Source: Marsupella aquatica (Eukaryota > Plantae > Marchantiophyta). Taken from it: 64,000 nucleotides of DNA. Under the pieces are notes generated by a model. The model made no database searches. It was given only the letters and a program-made list of their open reading frames with translations, and had not been told where the DNA came from. Both the position numbers and the translations under genes were made by a program. How positions within the stretch are numbered: position 1 is the stretch's first letter; each line of letters opens with the position of its first letter. The stretch covers positions 2,374,330 through 2,438,329 of the forward strand of contig OZ316893.1 in NCBI GenBank assembly GCA_973895155.1. The letters are read 5' to 3'. Positions 1 through 13,984 of this stretch are shown in pieces.

Positions 1-46
1 AGTCAGCTCTCGACAGCAGGTGCACAATCTCTTCCGCAATATTTTC

Positions 47-1093
47 AAACCTTTGAACCGTGCTGCCCTCTTGTTGGATACACAAAATTATCTTTGACTT
101 CACCGCACTCCTGCAAACGTGCTGCAATTGGTTTTTTTCTTCAAAGCCTTTAGGCTATATTATTCTGATAGATACTAAAGATGGAGGCCAGATTTTAGAA
201 CCATGTGTTGAAACAGAAGTGACCATGTATGAGTGCTCAATGTGGTTATTTGGGCGTTGCATTGCTCTGTAGGTCTCTATTTACAAAGGTGCAATATCCA
301 AGGCAGAATTCGAGGCAAATGCTGACAAGTACAAGAACAAGGAGATCATTGTTTACTGGTAAAGCCTACTCACGCCCATTTGAGTGGCCCGTTGTCATTT
401 ATTGGTTGTCATTTCCCTTTTATAACGGGAATCGAAAACCAGCATATCGGAGTGAATGAAGTGCTGAATATGGTCATCCAATGTGTACTCGTGGTCACCT
501 TGTACTAGATTTTCAGTGTGGTCCTAATTAGCTTTATCAAAATTTCTTGCTCCAGCTTACCCTCAAAATCGATAGGCTCTGATAATGTTTTTGTTTTCTT
601 GTAACCAAATACAGTGCCATCGGCAGGCGGTCAGGACTATTTGCCAAGGACCTACTGGTGAAGTTTCCAGACATCAAGGTGCGCAATCATGCAGGCAGTG
701 TTGTGGACTGGACCCATGTAGGCGGGCCATTTGTGGATGAGACCACTGGTGCTTCCACTCTCCAAGTAGATCCCAACACTACTTGGAATCCTTATCTTCC
801 AATCGGCAAGGGCCTTCAAGTCTCTGGTGCCCGCTGAATCACTCGAGCGGTGATTTAATTTTTTTATTTTTCCGGGGCTTACAACTGGTTCTTGGTGAAG
901 TTTCTCCACGTCTGTAAATAAACTTCTGATTCATCACAGTAGTGCTTCCCAGTGAGGTCTGTTCCAACTATTCATCCTTTCATTACAAGAATGTTATGCC
1001 CCGGTTTTCAGCAGTGGAAGGAGATGGAACCGTTACTGATCTCGAGCGAGATTGCTGATTCTTGCAGTTTGGTTTGTTATCCTTCATCCCCTC
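47..1093 (+). repeat. Segment duplicated at ~46862-47892 (rhodanese gene with introns and 3' flank)
   Basis: Colinear, highly similar sequence, e.g. ccgtgctgccctcttgttggatac at 58 and ~46873. Homology ends at ccttcatcccctc (1093 / 47892). Confidence 0.95.
273..837 (+). CDS. Single-domain rhodanese/sulfurtransferase, last two exons (273-358, 615-837); exon 1 lies upstream of the window
   Basis: AG/GT-bounded exons splice to VSIYKGAISKAEFEANADKYKNKEIIVY-C-AIGRRSGLFAKDLL...VRNHAGSVVDWTHVGGP. This has the rhodanese active loop (YCxxGxRS) and a C-terminal GxxxW motif; TGA at 835-837. Confidence 0.85.
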
Positions 1094-1499
1094 GCTCGCT
1101 CGCCTGCGCTTGCTGGTGTGGTGGCAATGAGCATCTACGATGATGCCAGGCGCGTGGGCCTTGTCTAACGTTCTGGTCAGAATTAGGTAGCCCAAATCTT
1201 CTCGAAATGGCATCTTTCTCTTCTGGAAACCTGCCCTTCAGGTAGCGAGTAGTTAATTGGGGGCATTCAAAGACGAATTGTGTGAATCTAAGAACATTGA
1301 CCAGTCACTGTAAAGGGCTGAAGAGATATCTAGGGGTGCTTTTATTGTGCTCACTGAGGCATCATTATCATTGAGCTCTTACAAATCAAATGTGCTTAAC
1401 AAACATGCTCATGGCTTGATGATGGTCAAGACTGGGCCATCTCCATCTCCAAGGATCAGTTATTATCATGTGTAGCAAAAAGCAAAATATCAATGTTGC

Positions 1500-2429
1500 T
1501 GATGTGTCCTCAACATGCTTTAACTCAATAACAGGACGGGATCTTCTGCAGAATAGTCAATCTTTATACTATAGGAAGTTACACGTATTGAAGAACCTGG
1601 TCTGAACCACTACGCGTCATCAGTCAGTAGCTCGCAGGGGAAAAGCAAATACGAATTCATGCACAGGACGGTAGCTTTTATGTCGTGAGAGGAACCAGCG
1701 TTACTCACCTGGAGGATTTCCAAAATATCTTCGTGCTAGACCTGGCTGGACAGATGCAATGGAAGCAGTGTGCGAGTATGCTAGAGCCCAGAAAAAACTT
1801 TGCGGGTGTGGCGTCATGGATGGGAAGATTTATGTGTTCGGTGGTGCTTCTGCTGATGATAATCGTATTCGTAGATCAGAGGTGTATGATCCCAAGGTGA
1901 ACGCCTGGCTCCCTATTAGGCCCATGAAATACTTTGCGGAAATTACAGATAGAATTACAACAAGGGTGACGAGCTATTTGTGGCATGTCAGCTTGGATGG
2001 GGACCCTCATGGCAAGTTTATCATCCACTCGAGGATGAGTGGAGACTGATGGAAAAAGTCAGGATGTTTCCTGCATTTCTCAGCCAGCTTGAAAAAATAT
2101 TCATGCAACAAGAAAAGTCATTTTCAATTAGTTCACACAACCTTCACGCTTACGATGCAGAACAGATGGAATGGAAATATAGATGTTCAACATCATGTGA
2201 TGAACTTGGGCCAATGGACTCTGTCACGTTTAATCAAGTAATCATTTTGCTTGTGGATAACGAGGTGTTAGTAATGGCAGAACGGGAGAGGACAGACACT
2301 GAAACGGAAGGCTACTGTCTCCTCCAAACGAGCAGATTCAGTGACAGTGGAGAGGTTGTGTGATCACAAGTACCGGACTCCTTCACGTCGTCTGATTTCC
2401 ACGGTTTGATGTATCTGGCTCAGCTGTGA
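1500..2429 (+). pseudogene. Kelch-repeat (F-box/kelch type) pseudogene
   Basis: Kelch motifs WKQCASMLEPRKNFA / CGVMDGKIYVFGG...SEVYDPKVNAW / WQVYHPLEDEW are split over three frames (frameshifts near 1805 and ~1950). A premature TGA at 2361-2363 is followed by in-frame SQVPDSF...LMYLAQL*. The 5' boundary is approximate. Confidence 0.85.
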
Positions 2430-5237
2430 ACAAAGATATGGAGCCAAATGTACAAGTCTCTGGCGATTCGGGACATATATTGCCTGCCCCCTGGTTACAA
2501 TGGTTTCTCGTTCTGTAAATTAAGAGCAGGTGATGTGACACTAGGGAAATGAAGTGATCCCAGCGAGGGACTTATGGACAACGTTTTGCTTCGTTTATTC
2601 TGATATATATTGTAAAGCGTGTTTTCTTTACTTTCAGTACAAATAGTAGCAGAGAGCATTGTCGAGTGGTCTTGAACGGTTTGATTGAGTAGTGTCCTAT
2701 GCTCATCCACAACATTAAAAAAAAGGAAGTCAACTCTATGTTTTTATAACTGCCTAAGTATGTTCACACATTAGAAGGTTTTGGCTCGATCCAGCCTTCG
2801 ATGATATGAAGGGCTCTTCAATTGAATGCTACCGAGTGCCAGTACTAGTAGAATATTCTCCTGTGAGCTTGCTTACGACAACTTAGCCACATCCCACGCT
2901 TTAAGATAGATTAGAAGCAAGAGTTTCAGATGTAAGAATTGCATAGGAAGATTAGAGTTTATTTACTGCAATGAGTTTTAGAGAATTATGTCCACCTTTG
3001 CATTTGTCATGTCAAATGATTAATCTACTCACCTCCGCTTGCAACGCTTAGCGTGAACTTCTCTAAATCCTGGTCTGTAATATGATCTATTTGTGACGAG
3101 GGCGATCTAAAAGTGTATATTGGGATGTGAGCTATGTTATCACAATTGGTTGAATAGTCAAAGTTCTTACGTCATTTTCTACTACTAAGAATGTAAGTAA
3201 TAGGGAAAGTTCTCGTGATGATACCGTAAGAACCCCAAGGCTTTCTTGATTGCTTCAAATCAGAGAATTAAGATTTAAGACGAGGATTGTTGAAAAGCCA
3301 ATGTTGTTTTCATTTCTCGTTAGACACGAAGGATAGTGTTTCGCCTAACCTTCAATTCGGACTGTCTATATCGATTGCTCTTAGCTTTTCTTCTACTTAT
3401 CCTCTTTTTCACCTTCGTGAAATGATACATAATCATGATATGAGGATGATTCTTCACCCATCTCTAACTCCTCCCGAATTTGGTATCGAAATGGAGGGTT
3501 TCCTTTGTATAGAGGATTGTAAGTTTTGATCGAATCATATCATTTGAAGTTTTCCAATTTCTATTCGTAACGTGGCTAATTACTTCAAACTGGCAACTTC
3601 AATCCTATCTGTGAAATCCGCTCATAGCCTAGATGCCTTAGCCATGACAGGTACTCAGAAAATATGTACGTGTTGTCGATTTAGCAATGGGTTTCAGATT
3701 CTCTATATAGCAAGAAACGTCTCATTGTGAACCTGTGAATGCTTCTTGACTACCAAACTGAAACATCGTCATGGTCTGTCAATTTGATGTATTTGCAATT
3801 GAATCCCCCATAATAATGATGGTGGAGCTCTCTTGATTGATTGTTTTACGTTCCACCCCAACTCAATGGATCGCATGTGGATCTTTAGGGTTTTCAAAGA
3901 AAATGCTTTAGACTAGATTCTGCCAGAGATTGAAAGAGACAAGTCTCTTGCTATACCTTTCATTTTCACCTTCTAAGGATCCATCAGCCGTGTTATCATA
4001 AAAGTTTTCTGTCTTGCAAATCTCGTAAGCTTTTCTTCTTGGCGACTTCATTCGAACCCACAATATTGTTTTCAAAGTATTTGTGACATTGTTAGCTTGT
4101 AGTCACATCCAATTCATCGTGAATGTTTGGAGAAATTTGTACTGAAGCCCATACTGAAGATTGGGATCCATCATTGTTCCCAGTTGTTTTACAAGAACTT
4201 ATTGAGATCTTGGAGTTGTGCCAGAACGATCAACGTTCATACAGTTTGAATTCCCACCATTTTTGTCGTGAGAATAGCTATCAAGCAGAGAATGAAATTG
4301 AAAGTTTGCGGTGAAATTGTTCCATTATAGAGATTCATTTATCACCTGTACTATTGAGTCTAATTTTAGCTGTATGAGCTTTGAAATGCAACTGCTCAAA
4401 GCTCAGTTTAGTTCACTCAGTACATTATGTTAAATCTGTTCATTAGATAGCCTGATTCAAACTCGAAAAGCCGTGTGAACCCAATTTGTGGTCTTGTATA
4501 TCTGCTTTCCAAGGAGATCTGTACTGATCTCAATATGTAGAGAGTCTACTGGAGTCTACTGGCTGACTCTCTGTACTTTGCGACTCACTCAATTTGGTTG
4601 CCAATCTGGTCTCTTTGTTCTCAATTGTCACGTACATGCAATTGTTGGACGCTTTAGCAAGTGTGTCTGCTTTCTCTGAATTTGCTGGAGGAAATTGGCA
4701 GTCAGCAGAACTCAGTAGGCATTGACATTCAAGGATTGCATTCAGCAATGGCCTGAAGGCAATTTTGCATTGAAGAAAAATGGCATTGCGAACCCTGGGT
4801 CTCCTTCAATGCTCCATGCTTGCTACCATCGAGCCTGGCTCTTAGTACTGAAACGCTTAGAAGAAAAGCTACATCAAGATTTCACAGATTGCTGAATCCA
4901 AAAATGCTATTGATCTTCCATTGTAGCAGCGCAATCCAGTTGATACCTGAAGTATGTTGTGCGACGATATCTAATCGGAGGACTTGCATCACACAAATAA
5001 TGGAGAGAGGCAGATGACTTTCAGTTGATTGAAAGACCTCCTCTCTGGTGCTCCATATTGACCACTTGTCAAGTCTCTTGCCGCGAGCAATTCATGCCGA
5101 TTATTTCTTTTTGAGAGGCGATTTCTGGATCATCAAAAGGAAAGTGCTATTCTATTCCAGGGTTTCTCTCATGAAGTTGGAAATGCAGACATCGTCGTCG
5201 TAAGATCAGACAGATAACTTTAGTCTTCAACTAAGAA

Positions 5238-8200
5238 ATGCCTGGGAATCCTATCAAGCTTGAACCATGGGATACCAACTCCCAAAAAGAGGAGGGTTTC
5301 CCTCAAGTTTCCGGCGCGAGCGTTGGATCTTGGGGCCGCTCGGGGTCACCCGTGGACTCCACAGGACAGACTCGGCCGACTACAGGGCTTTGTGGGCTGG
5401 AATGTGATGACCCTCCATCGCCACGCAATGTCAGCCCCAATCTTCGACAACGCTTTGTACTGGCTAATCGCGACAAGGAGTCGTTGTTGGAGGAGATAAT
5501 AGATTTGAAACGGGCGCTCTCTGACCAAGCTTACCACCTCAAACTCCATAAAGTCCACTACTCGGCTGTACAACTGGAAAACAGGTTGGAGTTGTCTTTC
5601 CACAACATTTAGTAATTCAACAAAATAGTCGCTTGCTTACCACGACTTTGCAAAATATTTAAATGTAAGTTCTCCTCAAGTCTTGCTTTCCATCACATCG
5701 GCAATGGGCCCAGGTCAATTAGCAGCATGATAAGTTCCGCGTTCTCTCTCCAATGCGCATTGGAATGAAGGCAGTGCATACAGTAGTTTTGAACTATGCA
5801 ATCGAGAAACATTATCTAAGCCATGACTCTTTGTTTTCTATAGAAAATTGGAGAAAGATGTTGAGGATCTCGAGGTTTCTGGAAATCTTGAAGCTCCTCG
5901 CACGGGTGGTCCATCCCGGCTCCGCGCCAAACTCCAAGGCTTGAATCTATCCTATTCTCTTAGAAGCTAACATCATTCAGTGAAAAGACTCTCTCCAGGA
6001 AGCCAAGCACAAGCCTAAAGATAAATTATATTAACGAACTACATATCCTTCGTCAATCCTCACTGTCTAAATGCAACCCAGTTCCTTCCTTAGAAATGAA
6101 CTGAAGATGTAAGACTGCAAAGATGACATTTTATTCTCATAATTTGTGTCTGACCAGCCGAACCATTAGTTCGAGGTATTAATCACAATAGAGGAGTCAG
6201 ACAAAAGATAATCTGGAAAACTATTCCCCTGTGTTCGTAGTTTCTTTCTGAACTCACGCAGTAATACTCTTTTGTGAAAATGTCGGCCAGTATGGAATGT
6301 TCGATATGGAATCTTCACGAGAAACATGCTTACTAGTATTCTGCGTCATGAACCATGGATGATCTATGGCAGGATTTACATTTATTAGACCATTTAACAT
6401 TCATACATGACGTTTAAGGTCAATCCTCTCATTCCTTATGATATGAAGAAAGACTGCTGTCAAATATCTTCAAGATGACAATCAAGATTCACTTTCGGAG
6501 GTGACCTTGTATATTTTGAATGCAGGCTTACGGACAAGACTGGGAGATCTGCAAGCAACTTGTGATCTTCAACATGATGAGCTCTGCCTACTTCGTAGAG
6601 ACATAAGAGTCGCGCACACAAGAGTGAGATGGCCAACAAATCTCCAGAGAGTCAATATTTGGCAACATCATCTATGTCTAGATTGAGCTATTCTCTGTCC
6701 CTTCCGTGAAATGGAAGTCAATGACTCTATGCATGACCTCCTTGAAGGGGAGCTTACTCTTCCTTCATTAGCCATCTTGTCAACTATTCCCACTAACTTG
6801 CTACACTTCAATTTCGTGAACCAGGAATGTGAGGTGGAACGAGATGTATATGCTGCCGAAATATGCCGGTTGCAAAAGGTTGTCAAGCGGCTGAAAGCGT
6901 TGCAGCTGAAAATAAGCAATGAGAATCGAGAGCTCAGTCGACTTAAAGACAAAGCTGCCCGATTGAAACTTGCAAATCAACGGCTTGAGAGTTGCATAAT
7001 TGTAAGCATCTTCACTCCAGGCTACCATCTTCTGGTTTTAGACACGAGACAGTTTTTGCTTGTTGGTACATTTACTCTGAAAGGTAGACACATGACGTTG
7101 CAATCAAGCTCTGCAATCTGTCATTCTGTTTAGTCCAAGAAGACGGACCCTTTCTGTGTTTTATCCAAGATGTGACTCACGGTTGCAGCACGGTTTCGGC
7201 CTACCATCTGCGGTTTTCATGCGTCCCCCAATTTTCATTGCCTCCTCTCAAGCAGACTCTCCTCCGCTGCCTGCGAATTGAAAGGAAAGTCATCGGAGCG
7301 TCCCTCCGCTCATGCAAAGTGCGCATACCGAGCTGAATTCGGTTTCCATCCTGTCGCACGACAACTTCCTGGCTGCACATTACAACTTTTCTTCCCACTC
7401 GGTGCCGCCCCCAGAATTAAGATGGAATTGTGGTTTGAACATGCGTGGCCCCAACACCCGACCAAAAAATTGCTAACCTCCCCTGCCCACATCTTGCTCT
7501 GACGTCCAAATTCTGTACAGCTGGAATAACAGCAGGCTGACTGACCACACCTCACCATTACCTGTGCAACTTGAAATTGCTGAGTTACATATTCTCTGGA
7601 TAGACCCTTCTCTACTATCAGTGGAATTGTTGTTGTACTTCTGCAATTACGCTCGAGTTTTGCTGCTGCCATTTGAGATCCCAAATCGAACCTCTGCTGC
7701 CTGCCATTGTTTCACCTTCAATCTTCCATGTACGATCCAAGATCAAAACCCGGTTGCCATCGATTTGGCACTATCTATCTGGACCAACTTTCGAGAATAA
7801 TGGCTCTAAGTCAGATTATACTGACAATACAATAAGCTGTGCACGAACTGTCAGATGAATAATTTAGCTATACGGTCAGGGGCCAGCCTGAGGCAGTCTA
7901 TAGCAAGACAATTTATGTAAAGCATAGTTCAGTATTGTGCATAATTAGTGATTGATTGTCAACAATCGATAACGAATGATGGTTGACTGGAAGCCAAACT
8001 CTCCCCGTTTTAATTAAGATGGGTTTTCTATGGCAGATTGCGCATAAGACTCTGGAGAAAGCAAACAAGGAAGTTGTAGCCTTCCGTGCAAAAGCCCTTG
8101 AATCAACCAACGAGGCTAAGAAAACAGTCAAAAAACTGAAGGAGTTGGAGACTCATGCTACTAAATTGGAAGCGCTTCTTGAGAACGAACGAATTGCGAA

Positions 8201-11200
8201 AAGGGCAGTTGATCAAAAGATCAAGGAACTCGCCCAAAAGAAGAAGGAATGGGATCGCCAATGGGAGGCTGACCAAAAGAAAAAAGCAGCGGCTTCTGCA
8301 GCAGAAATATTAAACCTTGCAAAGAAGAGAAAGAAGCCTGAGCGTAGCAAGGACAGGGGAGCACATGCCACAGTTAGTTCTTCTGATGATTCTTCGAGTG
8401 AGAGTGACAAGGAAAGTCGTGGGACTGTCAGCAGTAAGACAACAAAAAAGGAAGAATTTCAGGCTCGAAAGAGGGAGACTCTTGAAAAATTGGAGCAGCG
8501 GAAGAACTTGATGCTGAAAAAAGTGAGAGAAGTCTCACATTCCTTTGTCACTCAAGAGCAAACACACTACGACAAAGTCATTTCACATTCAGGTTCATCA
8601 ACAGCCGTGTCATCCGTATCTCCCAAAGATCGACAGAAACAGCAAGATATTGAAAGAGATCTTTTTGAAGCTGTAGATGGGGCAGCGTTGGATTTCATGG
8701 ATGAAGTTGAAGATATTCATTACGGTAGTTTAATCCCAGAGCCAAAATTAGACGGTCTTTCTGACAAAGAAATCGCTGCGGCAAAAGCAAAACATGCGAA
8801 GGATGTTGCCGATGCCCTTGAGAGGAAGAAGAAAGAGAGGAGTGAAAAGGGTGGATCTAGACCAGGCTCGCCTTCATCTGGAACTTCTGGTACATCTTAT
8901 ACATCAGGTTTTTCAGATGATGGTTCCGGTGATGAAAGTGATGGTCCAAGCGGTGGAAGTGGCAGAAGCATTGGTAGTAGTAAGAAAGCAGCCCTCAAAT
9001 TCCGTAAGGATAGAGAACTAGGAAAGAATGGGAGGAAAATGGATCCTGAAGAGTTTGAGGAACGCAAAGCTAAATTTTTGGACAAGGCAAGAAAGATATC
9101 ACAAACCTTTGTCGAGAACGAGCAGGTTCATTATGGCAAGATATTGTCGGAGATAGAATCTGGAGTACGCTCTCCAGGCTCAGTTGGTTGGTTTTCATCT
9201 ACATCTTCGCTGTCAACAGAAGATAAGCAAGAAGAACAAGTTTTTGAAAATGAATTTTGCGAAGGGATTGAGGATGCAGCTGATAAGTTTTTGGACCACT
9301 TGGAGGATGCCCAATACGGTTCCAAAGGACAAGTTCCAAGATTGAAGTTGAAAGAAATGAAAGAGCAAGAGGCTCGAAAAGAAGCTGCAAAATCTGCACA
9401 GGAGAGAGAAGAGAGATTGCATGCTCAAGCAGAAATTGAGGAAAGAGCACGCAAGAAAGCTGAAAAGGAGGCAGCAGAACGTTGGACAAGTGGCAAAAAC
9501 AAAATTGAAGTCATGATCGATAAAGCAAAGCTTGATGCCGATGAGTACAGTGCTGATGTGAAAGAAGTTAAAGGAAGGCTGAGTGTTGAGATTAACTTGA
9601 AGCGAACAGGAGAACACCCTTATGTGGGATCACCAAAGGCACAAGACGAGGATAGGATCAAGAAAGAAGAAGAATTTCGGCAAGCTAGAGAAGCGCAAGA
9701 AGCGCAGGAAGCGCAAGAAGCAGAGTATGAAAAACAAAAGAGAGAAGAGGCTGAGCAGCGGGAAATACAAATGCAGAAGCAAATCGCAAGACAAGCAAAA
9801 GAAGCAAAAGAAGATGCACAAAGGCGTGCTCAGCAAGAGGCAGCAGAGAGAGAACAATACCGGGGCCTTACAAGGGAGGAAGATAGAAGGAGGCAGCAGC
9901 TGGAAGCAAAGCTAGCTTCGGGCATGCCACTCACGGATGAGGAGGCTCAAGAGCTAAAAGCACTACTATCCAAAATGCGAGGGAAATCTGGGCTCAATTC
10001 GAGAGAGGAGGCAAGAATGAAAGAGTTGGAAGCAAAAATAGCTGCAGGAATTCCACTCACCGCTGAGGAAGAGGCTGAGCTCAAGAAACTGAAAGCTAGA
10101 TATAGAGGAAAGAATGGACTCTCATTAAAGGAGGAGGCAAGATTGCGAGAGCTGGAAGCGAAAATAGCCGCAGGAATTCCACTCACTGCTGAGGAGATGC
10201 TCGAGTTAACCGCATTGAAAGGTAAATTTAGAGGAAAATCTGGGCTCACAGGTAGAGAAGAATCAAGATTCAGAGAGCTGCAAGCAAAGCTTAAAAGTGG
10301 AATTCCTCTCACCGATGAGGAAGAAGCTGAACTCAGAGACTTGAAAGGCGACCTTATTAAAAAATCAGGATTGTCTGGTAGAGAGGATGATCGGTTGAGA
10401 GCCTTGGAAGAGAAGCTAAGAAGTGGAATCCCTTTGTCTGCTCAAGAGGAGGGAGAACTTAGAGCGTTGAGATCTAAGGTAATCCGTGGTTCTGGATTAA
10501 CAGGAGGCCAAGAATCTCGATTGGCGGATCTAGAAGAAAGGATGAGAAGTGGAATAGCTCTAACAGGAGAGGAGGAGGAAGAGCTTAGATTACTTAAAGG
10601 CACAGTGATAGGAATATCTGGATTGACAGGAGGGGAAGAACAACGACTGAAAGACTTGGAAGCAAAACTCAAGAGTGGAATACCGCTCTCGGATGAGGAG
10701 GAGGCTGAGCTAAAGAGACTACAAAAGAAGCTCAAAACTCAACTCTCATCTTCAGAGGATGAAAGGAGAAAAGAACTGGAAGGAAAGCTAGCTGCAGGCA
10801 TTCCACTTTCAGAAGAGGAGGAGAGAGAATTGCGAGAGTTGCAAGCAAAACGATGGGGCGAATGGCCACTCTCAGCTGCTGAAGATGCACGTAGGAAAGA
10901 GCTCGAAGCAAAGTTGCGAAGTGGAATCCCGCTTACACCTGAAGAGGAGGCGGAGCTGAGGGCTTTGCAAGCAAAGATAAAGGAAAAGTTTCCAAATACA
11001 GAGCTCGGAGAGGTGGACATGTCTAAATCGGAAGAAATGAGAAAGAAAGGGAAACTACCATTCATAGACAAGGATATGCAAGGGTTCATCAAAGAGAATA
11101 TTAGAGGGGTGCTAGGACATCTAGAGAACATCACGGAAGTAATCGTTCAAAGGCAGGAAAAACTAAAGCACGACGGAGAGACTTTGGCTGCTACATCAGG

Positions 11201-11366
11201 GGCAGCTATGGATGTTCTGAAGGCATCCGAGGGATCTGGAGGAAGTACTCCTGGAACTCCAAGGAGCAAAGGAGGAGGTAGTAAACCGAGTACACCCAGA
11301 GGAGGGAAATCACACTCACCTCATGGCGACAAAGGAGAGCACAGCAGATTCAAGGAGGAGCCGTAG
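5238..11366 (+). CDS. Large coiled-coil protein with nine ~42-aa helical tandem repeats (~1337 aa); exons 5238-5584, 5844-5905, 6526-6623, 6825-7001, 8037-11366
   Basis: Five GT-AG-bounded exons with compatible phases (2,1,0,0) total 4014 nt. The 3.3-kb terminal exon is open and E/K/R-rich. I recognise no family. Confidence 0.8.
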
Positions 11367-13984
11367 AAGTTGACGAGAACGTTTAAGCACATAAATGAAG
11401 GATGGTCACGCAGAATATATTTCAAACCATATATATTTAACCCAATAGCAGGAGATAAAATGAAACTTAGGGTGACTAGCATTTGAAATTGATTGACACG
11501 GATCGATGTTGGAGGTTAAATGAGGAGATGAGACTCAAACTAGTTTTATTGAATGATGCAATTTTGCGCCACCTACGTAGTAATTGTGGTTAGTTTACGT
11601 TTCGGTGGGATTCTGTGCCTGGTTGTTGTTAGGTCATTGGATTCCCGGTAAAGTGTGTGCCCTCCCGGAGCATACTCTGTAAATTTACGAAATCATTATT
11701 GACATGACAAGATCTTTTAGTTGTAAAGACGTACGATGGAGAAACTGTTGTGATCTTTAACAACACAAAACCAAGTTAGAGTAAGAATTCGTTTCATCGT
11801 GTACGTACGAATGATCAAATCGATCTAAAATTGATTCACGTGACTGACGTGACAAGGTGCTCTCTCCTTTTTCTCATGTTTTCTTTGTCATATATCGTCT
11901 CACAAACGTTCACGTTCAGGCCTGTTCTGAAGCCGGTAAGTATGTTGAAACTTTCACTTTTATCTAGGTCAACCATGTGGACTGATTTCCTCATCACACC
12001 CAATATAAGATCAGGCAGTGAAGCATTGAAAGGATTCACTGCGAGTGGTTTGGTCGTTTGCACATATATTGGAATTGAAGCTGTTAGTTGAACAAGTTCA
12101 ATTGCTCAAGTATTTTGTTAAGTAAGAAGATACACAGCAACTACAGTAATCACCGAGGTTGTGTACTTTCTGGCATGAAAAGGAAGGAGAGAGGCTGTGG
12201 AGCTCGATCGTTTTGTAATATCCGGCGCAGTACGTCAGTCTTTGCATTTGGAACGGAGAAGACCAGCCTGAAACTGAACCAGGTCCAGGACATGCTCAAC
12301 AAGGACACTGAGATAGAAGGAAGCCGACATAGTCAGACGACAATGAAGGAACCCTCAAGAAGAGGCTGCCGCTGCCCGAGATGGCTGGAAACCTTCTGCG
12401 AGAGCTGAAAGGCTCAGCTTGTGATCTGAACAAATTGTTTCACCATCTGAAAGGCAGCTTGATTCAAGAAACATAGAAGACAAAGCAAGAAAAGACGACA
12501 ATGACATGTGCCGTTGGGGAGACAGGAACAAACCCCCCAGATTTCGATTTCTGGAAAGACAGCAGACATTGATACTCAGCGAAAGACAACAGCAGCGATC
12601 CAGAGGGATTTCGGATGCACGAGCTTGGTTGGTAATCGATGGCCTGAAATTTCTATGGAATGCTTAGTTTTGATTAAGCTGCTCAAGTGCGAGTGAAATT
12701 CATAGCCAAGCAAGATAGGAGCTCTGAAATCTGTTGGGTAGTTCTCAAAGCCGTGATCACGAGCATTTCCGGAGTAGAGACTGGGAATTACAGAGCGAAG
12801 TAAGGTAGAGTCATTTTACACTCTTTACTGAGCTCTACAGACCTGTAGAGGAGGCTGTAAATGAGTGTCAACCTGACTTTTAGAAGCCAATCGCCACCAG
12901 AGTCAATCTGGATGACATGGGAGTGTAAGGGTTGAATACCCAAGCAGAGTAATTAAGAATTGAGAAGTCGCGAATGATTTTACATGAGTGTAAGGCTCTA
13001 CCTTGTCCCTATAAAGTAGGTGTAAACAGGCTGTGAAGAAGGTGTAAAGCAGCTGTTTTAAGTCATGTCGTTGACAGAGGTGCATGTAAGAGGAGATCAG
13101 GACGCATTCACGGGTAGATGGTTCCCGATCCTCTTTACTTTGTGCCGAGGACTATTCGAGGACTTTCTCTACCTATTCAGATTTATCTTATTTAAATATA
13201 GTACCGTCCGAGCAGAGACATGTACCTTGTCAACGATATGGCCTCCGGCTTCAGGAAATGAATAAACTGCTAGTTTGCACCTCGTTAACACCCCATTTAT
13301 ACCTACTTTACTTCAAATTGCCTGGCTCCATTCCCCTACTATCTCTTCCATGAGTTGATGCTACATTCCTCGCTGTCAATTGACCTCGGGAAATTAACAA
13401 GAGTTCTATGCTGCGAAAGTACTACCACCTTTAGCATCAAGCTACATATCGACTGGTCTCGGTTGTGTCTTGACGTGGCTCTTCAGTTGCAATTCGCTGC
13501 TTGCATTTCCGAGATCCCATTCAATGCTGCTACCTAGCTTCTAGCCACTTGCAATTTGCAGCATCACTTTCGCTCTTCAAGCTGCCACCACAAAACTTCA
13601 ATTGAATGCTGCGCTCTGTTGCCCTTCGTGTTCCTCTGTTGGCAAGACGTACGTCTGTCCAGATTATAGTTCTTGCCTTTGCGCCGAAGCTGTACTGTCT
13701 GCCCTGCTTACTCTGTGCTGGCCACTCGCGATGTCAATCTGTCCTGGCTTCAATTGCAATGTCAATCGTTTACTGAAGGGGACTGATTTCACTTGCTCAT
13801 TGTCGATCATCTACGTACTTGCGTCGACGTTTTCACCTCTCAAACTTCTCATTTCCATTGTATTTTTACAAAGTCTCTCGAATGAGGATTGCTTGTTTCA
13901 GCTGTTAGATGTAAGGGATTGGATGGCCATGAACTTGAGAGACGCAGATGACATAGTCGATGTCATGTGTCATAATGTCAATAC

